Below, piece by piece: positions 1-9,979 of a stretch of DNA of 64,000 nucleotides. This stretch comes from an uncultured Actinomycetes bacterium. GTDB lineage: Bacteria; SZUA-79; Acidulodesulfobacterales; Acidulodesulfobacteraceae. Under the pieces are notes generated by a model. It was not told the origin of the DNA, ran no database searches, and was given only the letters and a program-made list of their open reading frames with translations. Position 1 is the stretch's first letter. Every line of letters starts with the position of its first letter. The stretch lies in the NCBI GenBank assembly GCA_964631685.1, contig CAZVZU010000001.1, positions 192,001-256,000 of the forward strand. Reading direction: 5' to 3'. The translations under genes and the position numbers were made by a program.

Positions 1-96
1 CCGACACTTTCTGAGATTATACCCGAGGCTTCGCTTGATTCTATAGGCGAAGCGATTCACAAGGTTAATCCCAGGGCGGCGAAGAAAAAAAATTAA
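1..96 (+). CDS. lpdA: C-terminal fragment of dihydrolipoyl dehydrogenase (partial, runs off window)
   Basis: Frame 1 reads PTLSEIIPEASLDSIGEAIHKVNPRAAKKKN*, matching the (H)PTLSE...G.AIH C-terminus of LpdA. Confidence 0.7.
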   Translation, partial: PTLSEIIPEASLDSIGEAIHKVNPRAAKKKN

Positions 97-143
97 GAAT
101 TATAAAATTAATTAACAATTTAAATTATATAGGGAATAATTTT

Positions 144-1400
144 ATGGCGCTGGTTGTCCAAAAATTCGGCGGAACATCAATGGGTAGTACGGGTAGTATT
201 AAGCAGGTAGCAAAACAGGTTATAAAGGAAAGAAAAAACGGCAATGACGTAGTGGTCGTGGTAAGCGCTATGAGCGGAGAGACTAATAGGCTCCTGAATT
301 TAGCGGTAAAAATGGGCGGAAGACATGATGACTTAGAGACAGATATGATAATATCCAGTGGTGAACAAATAAGTTCGGGGCTCCTTTCTATAGTTTTGAA
401 AAGTGAAGGTTATGATGCAGTGCCGCTTCTTGGTTATCAGGTAAAAATAACAACAAATAAATCATATGGAAAAGCGAGAATATCCAACGTTGACGACCAT
501 AATATAAAAATGGGGCTCAAAAGTGGTAAAATAGTTGTAGTAGCCGGTTTTCAAGGAACTGATTCTAACGGATTTATTACTACTTTGGGGAGAGGTGGTT
601 CAGATACTACCGCTGTTGCTGTAGCTGCCGCGCTTAAGGCCGATAGGTGCGATATATATACAGATGTTGACGGCGTTTATACCGCTGACCCTCAAGTGGT
701 GCCTAATGCGAGAAGGCTAGACATCGTTTATTTTGACGAAATGATAGAGATGTCAAGTTTGGGTGCGAAGGTATTGCAGATTAGATCTGTTGAATTTGCA
801 ATGAAATATGGTGTTAATTTATTTGTAAAATCAACATTTACCGAATCACCCGGGACCCAAATTAAATCTTTAGGAGATAAAAAAAGTATGGAAGAACTGC
901 AAGTATCAAGCGTTGCATGTGATAAAGACGAGGCAAAAATATCAATAAGGGGTATACCCGATAAACCGGGTATTGCCGCTAAAATTTTTTCTAAAATATC
1001 AGAGGCTAATGTAGTAGTGGATATGATTATTCAAAATATATCGGTAGACGGGTTGACAGATTTAACCTTTACGGCATCAAAAAAGGATTTACAAAGAGCA
1101 ATTGATATTGCTAATTCTATTGCGAAAGAGCTAAATGCGAAGGAGGTTGTTTCCGATGATAATATTGCAAAAATATCCGTTATAGGTGTCGGCATGAGAA
1201 ACCATTACGGCACGGCTTCGACCATGTTTTCAGTTTTATCCAAAGAAAATATCAATATAATGATGATTTCAACATCGGAGATTAAAATATCGTGCGTTAT
1301 TGATGCAAAATACGCAGAACTTGCAGCAAGGGTATTGCATGAGGCATTTGATCTTGGTGGAGACAAAGAAGATTATTATAAAAATGGAATTAGGGAATAA
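144..1400 (+). CDS. lysC: aspartate kinase
   Basis: VQKFGGTS, VVSAM, TTLGRGGSDTTA, DVDGVYTADP motifs and two C-terminal ACT domains. Confidence 0.97.
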   Translation: MALVVQKFGGTSMGSTGSIKQVAKQVIKERKNGNDVVVVVSAMSGETNRLLNLAVKMGGRHDDLETDMIISSGEQISSGLLSIVLKSEGYDAVPLLGYQVKITTNKSYGKARISNVDDHNIKMGLKSGKIVVVAGFQGTDSNGFITTLGRGGSDTTAVAVAAALKADRCDIYTDVDGVYTADPQVVPNARRLDIVYFDEMIEMSSLGAKVLQIRSVEFAMKYGVNLFVKSTFTESPGTQIKSLGDKKSMEELQVSSVACDKDEAKISIRGIPDKPGIAAKIFSKISEANVVVDMIIQNISVDGLTDLTFTASKKDLQRAIDIANSIAKELNAKEVVSDDNIAKISVIGVGMRNHYGTASTMFSVLSKENINIMMISTSEIKISCVIDAKYAELAARVLHEAFDLGGDKEDYYKNGIRE

Positions 1401-1408
1401 ATATTCGT

Positions 1409-3052
1409 ATGCAAAATAATAATATTGATCAAAAACAAAAAGAATCCATAGAGGTTTATGATACAACGTTAAGGGATGGGACGCAGGGGGAAGGGTTTTC
1501 TTTGTCTATTGACGACAAATTGATGATTGCAGACATTGTAGACGAATTAGGAATACACTTTATAGAGGGAGGGTTTCCATCCTCAAACCCCAAGGATAGG
1601 AAATTTTTTGAACTTGCGGCTAAAAAGGGATTTAAAAATTCCAAATTGGTTGCATTCGGAAGTACAAAAAGAAAGAGTACGGAGGCAAAAAATGATGCCG
1701 GTTTGCGTATGTTAAGTGAAACCCCGGTAAGTTATGTTGCTATTTTTGGAAAATCGTGGGATTTACATGTAAATTCAGTTTTAAAGATATCCTTGAATGA
1801 AAATTTAGATATCATTGCAGACTCAGTTGATTTTTTAAAGTCGGCGAAAAAAAAAGTATTTTTTGATGCGGAACATTTTTTTGACGGCTTCAAGGATAAT
1901 GAGAGCTATGCCGTTGATTCAATAAAAATTGCCCTAGATGCCGGAGCAGATAAGGTAGTTTTGTGTGACACGAATGGTGGTTTTTTACCATATCAAATAT
2001 CGGAAGTAATAGAAAAGCTTAAATCTAATTATAGGATTGATATATCTAAGCTGGGAATACACACACATAATGACATAGAGTGTGCTGTCGCAAATACTAT
2101 TGCAGCGGTCATGTGTGGTATTAGACATGTTCAGGGAACAATCAACGGATATGGGGAACGAACCGGTAATGCTAATATTTTATCCATAATACCCAATTTA
2201 GAATTAAAACTTAGATTTGATGTTATAGGAAGAGAAAGACTCAAGAAGCTTGTTAGTGTAAGTCGGTTGATAGACGAAATATCTAATAATACATCGGTTA
2301 AAAATATGCCTTACACGGGAGAGAGTGCATTTGCACATAAGGCGGGGATACACGCAAATGCAGTACTTAAAAATCCATCATCTTATGAGCACGTGGAGCC
2401 GGCAATTGTAGGCAATAGCAGAAGATTCTTGATATCAGATTTATCCGGCAAGAGCAATATTGAAGCAAAAGCTAAAGAACTAGGGATAGATCTAGACAAG
2501 CTTACTGCATCTAAAGAAGTAGAATTACTTGACAAGATAAAAGAGCTGGAATGGTGCGGTTTTGATTTTGAAAGTGCCGACGGTTCATTCAAAATACTCA
2601 TGGATAAATATTCTTCAAAAAAGACTAAAAATTACTTCAAGTTACTAGCATTTAGGGTAAATACGGAAAAGAATCCTACGCCTTCATTATCACAGTTGCA
2701 TCATGAAAAAAACATCTTTAGTGAAGCCGTGATTATGGTGGAAGTTCAGGGCAAGACAGAACATACCGTCGCCCTCGGAGATGGACCAGTTAACGCCCTT
2801 GACAATGCCTTGAGGAAAGCACTTTTAAAATTTTACCCGATATTGAACGAAATGAGATTAATTGATTTCAAGGTCAGGGTTATCAGCAATAAAGCTCGCT
2901 CGGGAACGGCTTCTTTTGTAAGGGTACTAATAGAATCATCGGATAAAGAAGGTAAATGGACCACACTTGGAGTATCGGAGAATATAATAGAGGCCTCGTA
3001 TCAAGCTTTGGCGGACAGTATAACCTACAAGCTCACTAAAGAAGGAGTATAA
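1409..3052 (+). CDS. cimA: citramalate synthase (LeuA/CimA family)
   Basis: YDTTLRDGTQGEG, FDAEHFFDG, HTHND, GERTGNAN, GPVNALDNALRKAL. Confidence 0.9.
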   Translation: MQNNNIDQKQKESIEVYDTTLRDGTQGEGFSLSIDDKLMIADIVDELGIHFIEGGFPSSNPKDRKFFELAAKKGFKNSKLVAFGSTKRKSTEAKNDAGLRMLSETPVSYVAIFGKSWDLHVNSVLKISLNENLDIIADSVDFLKSAKKKVFFDAEHFFDGFKDNESYAVDSIKIALDAGADKVVLCDTNGGFLPYQISEVIEKLKSNYRIDISKLGIHTHNDIECAVANTIAAVMCGIRHVQGTINGYGERTGNANILSIIPNLELKLRFDVIGRERLKKLVSVSRLIDEISNNTSVKNMPYTGESAFAHKAGIHANAVLKNPSSYEHVEPAIVGNSRRFLISDLSGKSNIEAKAKELGIDLDKLTASKEVELLDKIKELEWCGFDFESADGSFKILMDKYSSKKTKNYFKLLAFRVNTEKNPTPSLSQLHHEKNIFSEAVIMVEVQGKTEHTVALGDGPVNALDNALRKALLKFYPILNEMRLIDFKVRVISNKARSGTASFVRVLIESSDKEGKWTTLGVSENIIEASYQALADSITYKLTKEGV

Positions 3053-3094
3053 TTATATATGGCTAATCGAAGATGTTGAAACTTAATTGTTTTA

Positions 3095-4021
3095 TCAAAC
3101 TCTGCCAGACGAGCCTAGGACATTCATTCTTTCCCTAACGGTTTCAACAATATAACCCTTCGCCGGACCGAAAATCTTTCTTGGATCTATTTGAGATTTA
3201 TCATTTACAATACTCTCTCTAACCTTTGATATAAACGCGATGCGTAAGTCAGTATCGGTATTTACTTTATTTATACCGTAACTTATTGCTTCTTTCAGCA
3301 CATCAAAAGGAACGCCTTTTGCTCCCTTTAAATTTCCGCCAAACTTCTCAAATTTTTGAGCGGCAGCCAAGGGCACAGACGATGCGCCATGAAGAACCAA
3401 TGGAATACCGGTTAATTTCTTAACTTTTTTTAGACGTTCAAAATCTAATTTTGCCTCTCCCTTAAATTTAAAAGCACCGTGTGAGGTACCTATCGCAGGT
3501 GCCAAAAAGTCAATACCCGAAGATACTACAAAATCTTTTGCATTTTCCGGATTTACCAAAACAGCGTCCCTTTCGGCAACCGAAATATTATCTTCAACGC
3601 CTTTAAGTCTTCCAAGTTCTGCTTCGACGGATATACCCAAGGGATGACAAATACTTACAACCTGTTTTGTAATTTTAAGATTTTCCTCGTAGGTGAAGTG
3701 TGATGCATCAATCATAACGGACGTGAAACCTGACCTAATAGCCAATAAGATAGCATTGAGGTTTGTACCGTGATCAAGGTGGAGTGCTACTGGAATTTTA
3801 GGATAATTATTAGACAACGTCTTTGTCATTGCGACAAGCATGTCGGCGCCAGCATACTTCATCGCGCCTTCACTTGCAGCAATAATTATCGGTGATTTTT
3901 CCGAATCCGCCGCCATAAATACAGCTTGCAGAAACTCCATATTATTCACATTAAAGGCACCTACTGCATACCTATGTTTGTGGGCATCATCAAGTATTTC
4001 CTTTGCGGATATTAAAGCCAT
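3095..4021 (-). CDS. fba: class II fructose-1,6-bisphosphate aldolase
   Basis: GAFNVNN, HLDHG, SVMIDAS, GTSHGAFK, LVLHGAS, KVNTDTD. Confidence 0.95.
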   Translation of the reverse strand: MALISAKEILDDAHKHRYAVGAFNVNNMEFLQAVFMAADSEKSPIIIAASEGAMKYAGADMLVAMTKTLSNNYPKIPVALHLDHGTNLNAILLAIRSGFTSVMIDASHFTYEENLKITKQVVSICHPLGISVEAELGRLKGVEDNISVAERDAVLVNPENAKDFVVSSGIDFLAPAIGTSHGAFKFKGEAKLDFERLKKVKKLTGIPLVLHGASSVPLAAAQKFEKFGGNLKGAKGVPFDVLKEAISYGINKVNTDTDLRIAFISKVRESIVNDKSQIDPRKIFGPAKGYIVETVRERMNVLGSSGRV

Positions 4022-4242
4022 TTCCCCCCCCCTATTTATATAAATTAACGTTATATACAGTTATTATATCACTAAATCTTTTCCTATTTTTTTTGTCACC
4101 TCCACTATCTAACTTACGCGCATATTATAGCACATATTTTATGATTTATTTTATAATTTGGCGGCATTTTGTTTTATAAACTTATAAGTGAAGAAGAAAA
4201 AAATATAAAAAATACCATTATAATGCTATAATAGCGGTCGTC

Positions 4243-4830
4243 ATGAAGAGTTTTTGTAAAATTTTTATCACTGGGGGCGCATCTTCCGGTAAATCAGGTT
4301 TTGCAGAAAAAAAAGCCTTATCGCTTTATGAAAAATTTTTCGGTAGGTCAAACCTGAACAACTGTCACCCGCTTCATTTTATGGCTACGGCGATCCTTGA
4401 AAAGGCCGATCATGAGATGGCGCAGAAAATAGGAAGGCATAAAGAAAAAAGGTCGAGCATTTTTATTGTTCATGAAAGCTATAATGACTTACAATTGGAG
4501 ATTAAAAATGTTTACGATATTTTTAAAAACGAAAAACAACAATCAGGGGTAATTCTTATAGATTCATTGACATTATGGTTATCTTCAGTCTTCAAAAATA
4601 CATCAGATTTTAATTTTGCATACGATACCATTTTGATAATGACTGAATATATAAAAACATTGCAGTGTTCTGTTGTAACCGTAACGGACACTATGGCTTT
4701 CAATATGGTACCTGCCGATGCTTACCTTAGAAAGTTTATAGAGTTAAACGGACTAATGGAACAACAACTGTCTGATTTATCGGATGAGGCATATTGTATT
4801 ATCGCGGGGAACCAAATTTCATTAAAATAG
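4243..4830 (+). CDS. cobU: adenosylcobinamide kinase / adenosylcobinamide-phosphate guanylyltransferase
   Basis: ITGGASSGKSGFAE P-loop, EM..KI.RH..R, LIDSLTLW; first gene of the cob cluster. Confidence 0.85.
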   Translation: MKSFCKIFITGGASSGKSGFAEKKALSLYEKFFGRSNLNNCHPLHFMATAILEKADHEMAQKIGRHKEKRSSIFIVHESYNDLQLEIKNVYDIFKNEKQQSGVILIDSLTLWLSSVFKNTSDFNFAYDTILIMTEYIKTLQCSVVTVTDTMAFNMVPADAYLRKFIELNGLMEQQLSDLSDEAYCIIAGNQISLK

Positions 4831-4858
4831 CAACAAATAATCTATATAATATTATAAA

Positions 4859-5950
4859 ATGCATGAAAACGAAAAGGACCAACTTCTTTCTCTGATTAAT
4901 TCTATAAAGCCTATCAACAAAAGGCGGTTTTATGAAATCGCCGAATGTAGGCTTGATATATTAATAAAACCAAAGGGAAGCCTTGGAAGATTAGAGGAGT
5001 TCGTTAAAGATATTATTGCCATCACAGAAAATGACAGGCCAAAGATTAAAGAGAAATATGTCTGTGTTTTTGCAGGTGATCATGGTGTTGTTAAGGAGGG
5101 AGTTAGCCTTTTCAAGCAAGATGTTACAGCCCAAATGGTTAGAAATTTCTTGAGCGGTGGCGCAGCAATTAACGCGATGTCAAATTCCGTTGGTGCTAAT
5201 GTGGTAGTTATAGATGTGGGAATTAATGCCGATCTAGATTCATTGGTGGGAGATAATTTTATAAACGGTAAAATTGGATTTGGGACAAACAATATATACG
5301 AAGGCAGGGCTATGACATATGGAGATGGCATAAAGTCGCTCCTTAAAGGCATAGAAATATCCTCAATACTAAAGGATAAGGGTGCTGATATTTGTGCGAC
5401 GGGCGATATGGGCATAGCCAACACTACACCGTCTTCGGCAATTACATGCTTTTATTCCAAGAAATCGGCTAAACTTGTATGCGGCCACGGAACGGGCGTA
5501 AGTTTGAAAATAATAGAAAAAAAAATCCGGATTATTCAAAAAGCGATTAAATATAATATACAAAACGGTGATGACCCGATAGATGTTCTGTCTGGAATAG
5601 GCGGTTTTGAAATCGGAGCAATAGCGGGTTTTATACTTGGTTGCTCTATTCACAGAATACCTGTTGTCGTTGACGGTTTCATTTCTTGTGCGGGAGCGTT
5701 GATAGCCATTAATATTAATCCTGATGTTTTGGACTATATGTTTTTAGGTCATTTATCGAAAGAAAGAGGACACAAAACTACCATTAGCCTCATAAAAAAT
5801 AAAAAACCTATCCTTGATTTGTCAATGCGTTTGGGCGAAGGGACGGGCGCTGTTATGGCAATGAAGATAATCGAAACGGCCATTGATATGTACAACAATA
5901 TGGCTACATTTGACGAGGCGAATGTTTTTGCATCGAAACTTAATAAATAA
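4859..5950 (+). CDS. cobT: nicotinate-nucleotide--benzimidazole phosphoribosyltransferase
   Basis: KPKGSLGRLE, FAGDHGV, GDMGIANTT, VDGFI, MRLGEGTGA. Confidence 0.95.
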   Translation: MHENEKDQLLSLINSIKPINKRRFYEIAECRLDILIKPKGSLGRLEEFVKDIIAITENDRPKIKEKYVCVFAGDHGVVKEGVSLFKQDVTAQMVRNFLSGGAAINAMSNSVGANVVVIDVGINADLDSLVGDNFINGKIGFGTNNIYEGRAMTYGDGIKSLLKGIEISSILKDKGADICATGDMGIANTTPSSAITCFYSKKSAKLVCGHGTGVSLKIIEKKIRIIQKAIKYNIQNGDDPIDVLSGIGGFEIGAIAGFILGCSIHRIPVVVDGFISCAGALIAININPDVLDYMFLGHLSKERGHKTTISLIKNKKPILDLSMRLGEGTGAVMAMKIIETAIDMYNNMATFDEANVFASKLNK

Positions 5951-5984
5951 TTAACCGCTCACAAATTAAATAGGTAAATAAACC

Positions 5985-6788
5985 ATGTTTATTATCAGAA
6001 ATTTATTGGATGCTGTAAATTTTTTAACTGTATTTAAGCTTAATTTAAGAAAAAAGGACGCCGTCTCAGATTATGCCGAAAATAAAGATGATATAACAGC
6101 GATCAAATTAAATGATTCTATAAAATATTTTCCCATGGCAGGGTTGTTCATAGGTGTAATTCTAATACTTACGTTTTACGTTTTTAGTATATTTTTATCG
6201 GACTCAATTTCAATTTTGATATCTATCTTGTTACTTTTTATTTTGACGGGAGGTCTGCACTTTGACGGTCTATCTGATACTACGGATGGACTTTTTGCAT
6301 ACTTGAAAAGTGGCGAAAAGAATAGATTTTATAGTGCAATGAAGGATGTTAACGCTGGTATTTCTGGTATTATTGCAGTCATCTTTTATGTGTTAATTAT
6401 GTGGCTTACAATTAAAGGAATATCGCCTAAATTTAGCTATTTGTCTTTATTGACGTTTCCGATTGTAGGGCGATACTCTATAGTTTTAATGTCTTATTTT
6501 TCAAATACCCCAAGAAATTTTAAGGGAATAGGTACCATTTTTACCGAAGGAACAAATTTTTATACATTTATTATCGCTTCCATTTTTACGGTTGTAATTG
6601 TTTTTATCCTTTTAAAATTAGCGGGCATTTTTGCATTACTGATTTCAACCTTCTTCATTCTAACATTAGCATTTTATTTTGATAAAAAATTCGGTGGAGT
6701 CAATGGAGACATGTTAGGTTTTAGTACCAAAATATCCGAGGTTATCTATATTATTACCTTATACGGATTTTATAAAATTTTATATTAA
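5985..6788 (+). CDS. cobS: cobalamin-5'-phosphate synthase
   Basis: Multi-TM protein with TGGLHFDGLSDTTDG and FGGVNGDMLG. Confidence 0.93.
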   Translation: MFIIRNLLDAVNFLTVFKLNLRKKDAVSDYAENKDDITAIKLNDSIKYFPMAGLFIGVILILTFYVFSIFLSDSISILISILLLFILTGGLHFDGLSDTTDGLFAYLKSGEKNRFYSAMKDVNAGISGIIAVIFYVLIMWLTIKGISPKFSYLSLLTFPIVGRYSIVLMSYFSNTPRNFKGIGTIFTEGTNFYTFIIASIFTVVIVFILLKLAGIFALLISTFFILTLAFYFDKKFGGVNGDMLGFSTKISEVIYIITLYGFYKILY

Positions 6789-6807
6789 ATTTACCCGATT
6801 AATTTTT

Positions 6808-8316
6808 ATGTTTTCTGTTTTTTTTGCATCAGATAGATCTTCCTCAGGAAAATCCATGGTAACCCTGGCTTTTTCAAAAAAAGTTAAGGAAATGGGTTAC
6901 GAGATAGATGTTCTTAAGGTAGGACCGGACTTTATTGACCCAATCATAATATCCAATGCTGTAAATACCAAAGTTAGAAATATTGATCCCTTTTTAATAC
7001 CCCTCCGATCATTAAATTCCCTGGTTTTTAACTGCTGTGGTAATAGTGCAGATACGAATTGCACGGATGTTTTAAACAATTTAAATATGAATAAGGCTTT
7101 TATAGTTGAGGGCGCTATGGGCTTATACGATGGCAATTCGTATTCTATAGCAAAAAAATTCAAATTCCCAATTGTTTTAGTAATGGATTCTAAAAGAATC
7201 TCGTCCACCATGGCTTCTGTTATTTTTGGGCTTAAAAAATATAAAAAGGGGATTAACGTTTGCGGGGTTATTTTAAATAACATTTCTTCAGCAAGGCATT
7301 ATAAAATTATATCCGACGAGATTAAAAATAATGTCAAGAATACTGAAGTTTTTGGTTATATTTTAAATAATGAAGCGGCTTTCGGTATTAAAGAAAGGTA
7401 TCTTGGACTGGTTACCCCTATAGCATCAAATTTTAAACAGAATAAAAGTAAGTTTGAAACAGTAGTGAACAATATAAAAAATGAGGTCTTTCGCAATATA
7501 GATTTAGATTTAATGATAAAAACTCTCAAAAGAGAGTCGAAAGGGTTTAATAACTTATTTTTTAATCATGTAAATCGCATGAAACGCAGGCAGTTTAAGC
7601 TCGAAAATAACAAAGCCACTAATGTATTGTTCGCAAGGATAAAAAGAAAAAGGAGGATAAAAATAGCAGTTGCTTATGATAAGGCATTCTTCTTTTATTA
7701 TAATTTTAATATAGAGATATTGAAAAGTTTTGGAGCAGAAATAGTTTTTTTTAGTCCTTTATCCGACAAAACTATACCGAAAGGCGTCAGTATGATTTAT
7801 ATAGGGGGCGGTTATCCAGAGATTTATATCAATAATCTCGCAAAAAATCAAGGAATGCTTAATGAAATTTATAAATTTTTTGAAAATAATGGTATAATAT
7901 ATGCCGAGTGTGGGGGCTTAATGTATCTTAGCAGAGGGCTCGTTTATAAAGGTGAATATTGGAAATTATCAGGGATACTTCCGCTTGATGTAACTATGGA
8001 CAACACAAGGCTTTCTTTGGGTTATAGAATAGTTCATCTTAAGGAAGAATCGTTTCTCGGTGATGCAGGGTTAAAGATAAATGGACATGAGTTTCATTAT
8101 TCCGGAATTATAGCAGGTGGTTTACGCCAAAACAATACTAGAAGGGATTCGGCAGATCTTAAAAATGTTTTTGAATGCGAAAGTTTGGCATCTCCCGGTG
8201 TTCTGATACCCGAGGGTTACAATGTCTTGAATGTGATAGGTAGCTATATTCATCTATCTTTTTTTTCTAATAAGATTATTGCAAGAAATATTATGGATAA
8301 TGCTGCGAAAATATAA
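6808..8316 (+). CDS. cbiA: cobyrinate a,c-diamide synthase
   Basis: SGKS P-loop, KVGPDFIDP, EGAMGLYDG, AYDKAFFFYY, GGYPE, YAECGGLMYL, GHEFHYS. Confidence 0.9.
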   Translation: MFSVFFASDRSSSGKSMVTLAFSKKVKEMGYEIDVLKVGPDFIDPIIISNAVNTKVRNIDPFLIPLRSLNSLVFNCCGNSADTNCTDVLNNLNMNKAFIVEGAMGLYDGNSYSIAKKFKFPIVLVMDSKRISSTMASVIFGLKKYKKGINVCGVILNNISSARHYKIISDEIKNNVKNTEVFGYILNNEAAFGIKERYLGLVTPIASNFKQNKSKFETVVNNIKNEVFRNIDLDLMIKTLKRESKGFNNLFFNHVNRMKRRQFKLENNKATNVLFARIKRKRRIKIAVAYDKAFFFYYNFNIEILKSFGAEIVFFSPLSDKTIPKGVSMIYIGGGYPEIYINNLAKNQGMLNEIYKFFENNGIIYAECGGLMYLSRGLVYKGEYWKLSGILPLDVTMDNTRLSLGYRIVHLKEESFLGDAGLKINGHEFHYSGIIAGGLRQNNTRRDSADLKNVFECESLASPGVLIPEGYNVLNVIGSYIHLSFFSNKIIARNIMDNAAKI

Positions 8317-8357
8317 AATAAATAATAATTTTAAATTTTGAAAGTAAAAACAAAAAA

Positions 8358-9665
8358 ATGACTAATATGACCGAAAAAGAATCTGCCGTTCAAAATATTT
8401 GGACAAAGGGGATGGACTACGTATCCAGTAAGGACGGCGTCTTAAAGAATCAGTTGACGGAAAATATTTCGAATGGAAAAACTGTTATTTTGCACAATAA
8501 GAATAGGGATAAATTTGTCGGAATAGGCACGGGTTTAACGACAAAAATTAACGCGAGCATTGGCACATCTACAAATCATATTGATATTAATGAGGAGGTT
8601 AGAAAAGCCAAGGTTGCGGAAGAGAGCGGAGCAGATACACTGATGGAATTGAGCGTAGGGGGAGATTTAGACCTTATACGCGAAGAGGTTTTGAAAAACA
8701 CATCTCTACCCGTTGGAACGGTTCCTCTCTACCAGGCTTTTAGTGATGCTATAGATAAATATAAAAATCCTATAAAAATGTCTGAAAACCTCGTGTTTGA
8801 CGTCATAGAAAAACAGTGTGAAAGCGGTATTTCCTTTATGGCTATCCACTCCGGTTTAAATCTGATGTCGCTAGAGAGATTAAAAAAACAATCATATAGA
8901 TCCGCCGGTCTCGTGTCAAAGGGTGGAGCATACTTAGTTGCATGGATGATAGAAAACAACAAGGAAAATCCTTTATATGAAAGGTTTGAAGATGTCTTGA
9001 AGATATTAAAAAAATATGACACGGTTTTAAGTTTAGGAAACGGACTAAGGGCAGGTTCGATACACGATTCCTTTGATAGAGCATATATGCAAGAACTTAT
9101 TATTAACTGTGAACTTTGCGATATAGCAAGAGATTATGGCGTTCAGGTAATGGTTGAAGGCCCCGGTCATATCCCGATAGATGAAATAGAAGCAAATGTT
9201 AAAATTCAAAAAAAAATGTCGAACGATGCGCCTTTCTATGTCCTTGGTCCTCTCGTTACAGATGTTGCGGCCGGCTATGATCATATTGCATCTGCAATAG
9301 GCGGGGCTCTATCCTCGTCATATGGGGCAGATTTCCTATGTTATGTTACTCCATCAGAGCATTTAGGGTTACCTTCCGAGGAAGATGTTAAAATTGGAGT
9401 GAAAACGGCCAAGGTTGCGGCTCATGTGGGAGATATGATAAAGCTTAAAAAAAATAGCGACGATCTGAATATATCAAAAGCCCGCAGGGATATCGATTGG
9501 GAAAAGCAGTTTAAATATTCCATAGATCCAGAATATTCTAGAAAGTTGTTTAAACTAAAAAATAAGGATGATACCGCAGGATGTAGTATGTGCGGAGAGT
9601 TCTGTGCGCCTCTGCGAATGAAAAAATATTTTAAATATGAGATCAATCAAGGGAAAAAATCATAA
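8358..9665 (+). CDS. ThiC-family radical SAM enzyme, probably BzaF-type 5-hydroxybenzimidazole synthase
   Basis: KINASIGTS, GTVPLYQA, VEGPGH, AAGYDHI, YVTPSEHL, C-terminal CSMCGEFC. Reads VSKGG where ThiC usually has SRGG. Lies in the cob operon with no TPP riboswitch. Confidence 0.8.
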   Translation: MTNMTEKESAVQNIWTKGMDYVSSKDGVLKNQLTENISNGKTVILHNKNRDKFVGIGTGLTTKINASIGTSTNHIDINEEVRKAKVAEESGADTLMELSVGGDLDLIREEVLKNTSLPVGTVPLYQAFSDAIDKYKNPIKMSENLVFDVIEKQCESGISFMAIHSGLNLMSLERLKKQSYRSAGLVSKGGAYLVAWMIENNKENPLYERFEDVLKILKKYDTVLSLGNGLRAGSIHDSFDRAYMQELIINCELCDIARDYGVQVMVEGPGHIPIDEIEANVKIQKKMSNDAPFYVLGPLVTDVAAGYDHIASAIGGALSSSYGADFLCYVTPSEHLGLPSEEDVKIGVKTAKVAAHVGDMIKLKKNSDDLNISKARRDIDWEKQFKYSIDPEYSRKLFKLKNKDDTAGCSMCGEFCAPLRMKKYFKYEINQGKKS

Positions 9666-9954
9666 TGTACTGCCGATTGCGGGCTCTATCTTTGTTTTTT
9701 TGCTGATTCTATTCGTGATATATAGCCTTAAAGGCATAGTAAGGGTACATAAATTAATGAAGGAGGATCGCAAGCTAACGCAAGAGATTTCCCTAATTAA
9801 AAAAAGAAACAGTTTAATAGGTGTACAAATATACAAATTACGCAATGATAAACAATATATTGCAAGTTTGGCAAGGGAAAAGCTATATATGATTAAAAAA
9901 GGAGAGATAGTCTTTAGGTTTATTCATAAGAAGAAAGATTCTAAAAAAAAATAA
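9637..9954 (+). CDS. ftsB: septum formation initiator (FtsB/DivIC family)
   Basis: Single TM helix, coiled coil, AREKLYMIKKGEIVF motif. Confidence 0.8.
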   Translation: MRSIKGKNHNVLPIAGSIFVFLLILFVIYSLKGIVRVHKLMKEDRKLTQEISLIKKRNSLIGVQIYKLRNDKQYIASLAREKLYMIKKGEIVFRFIHKKKDSKKK

Positions 9955-9979
9955 TCAAAATATCTCTCGGCTCACCGCG

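Noticed and set aside
4022..4242. Cobalamin riboswitch upstream of the cob operon
   Set aside because: No B12-box or GGGAA core; the region is short, very AT-rich and occupied by divergent promoters
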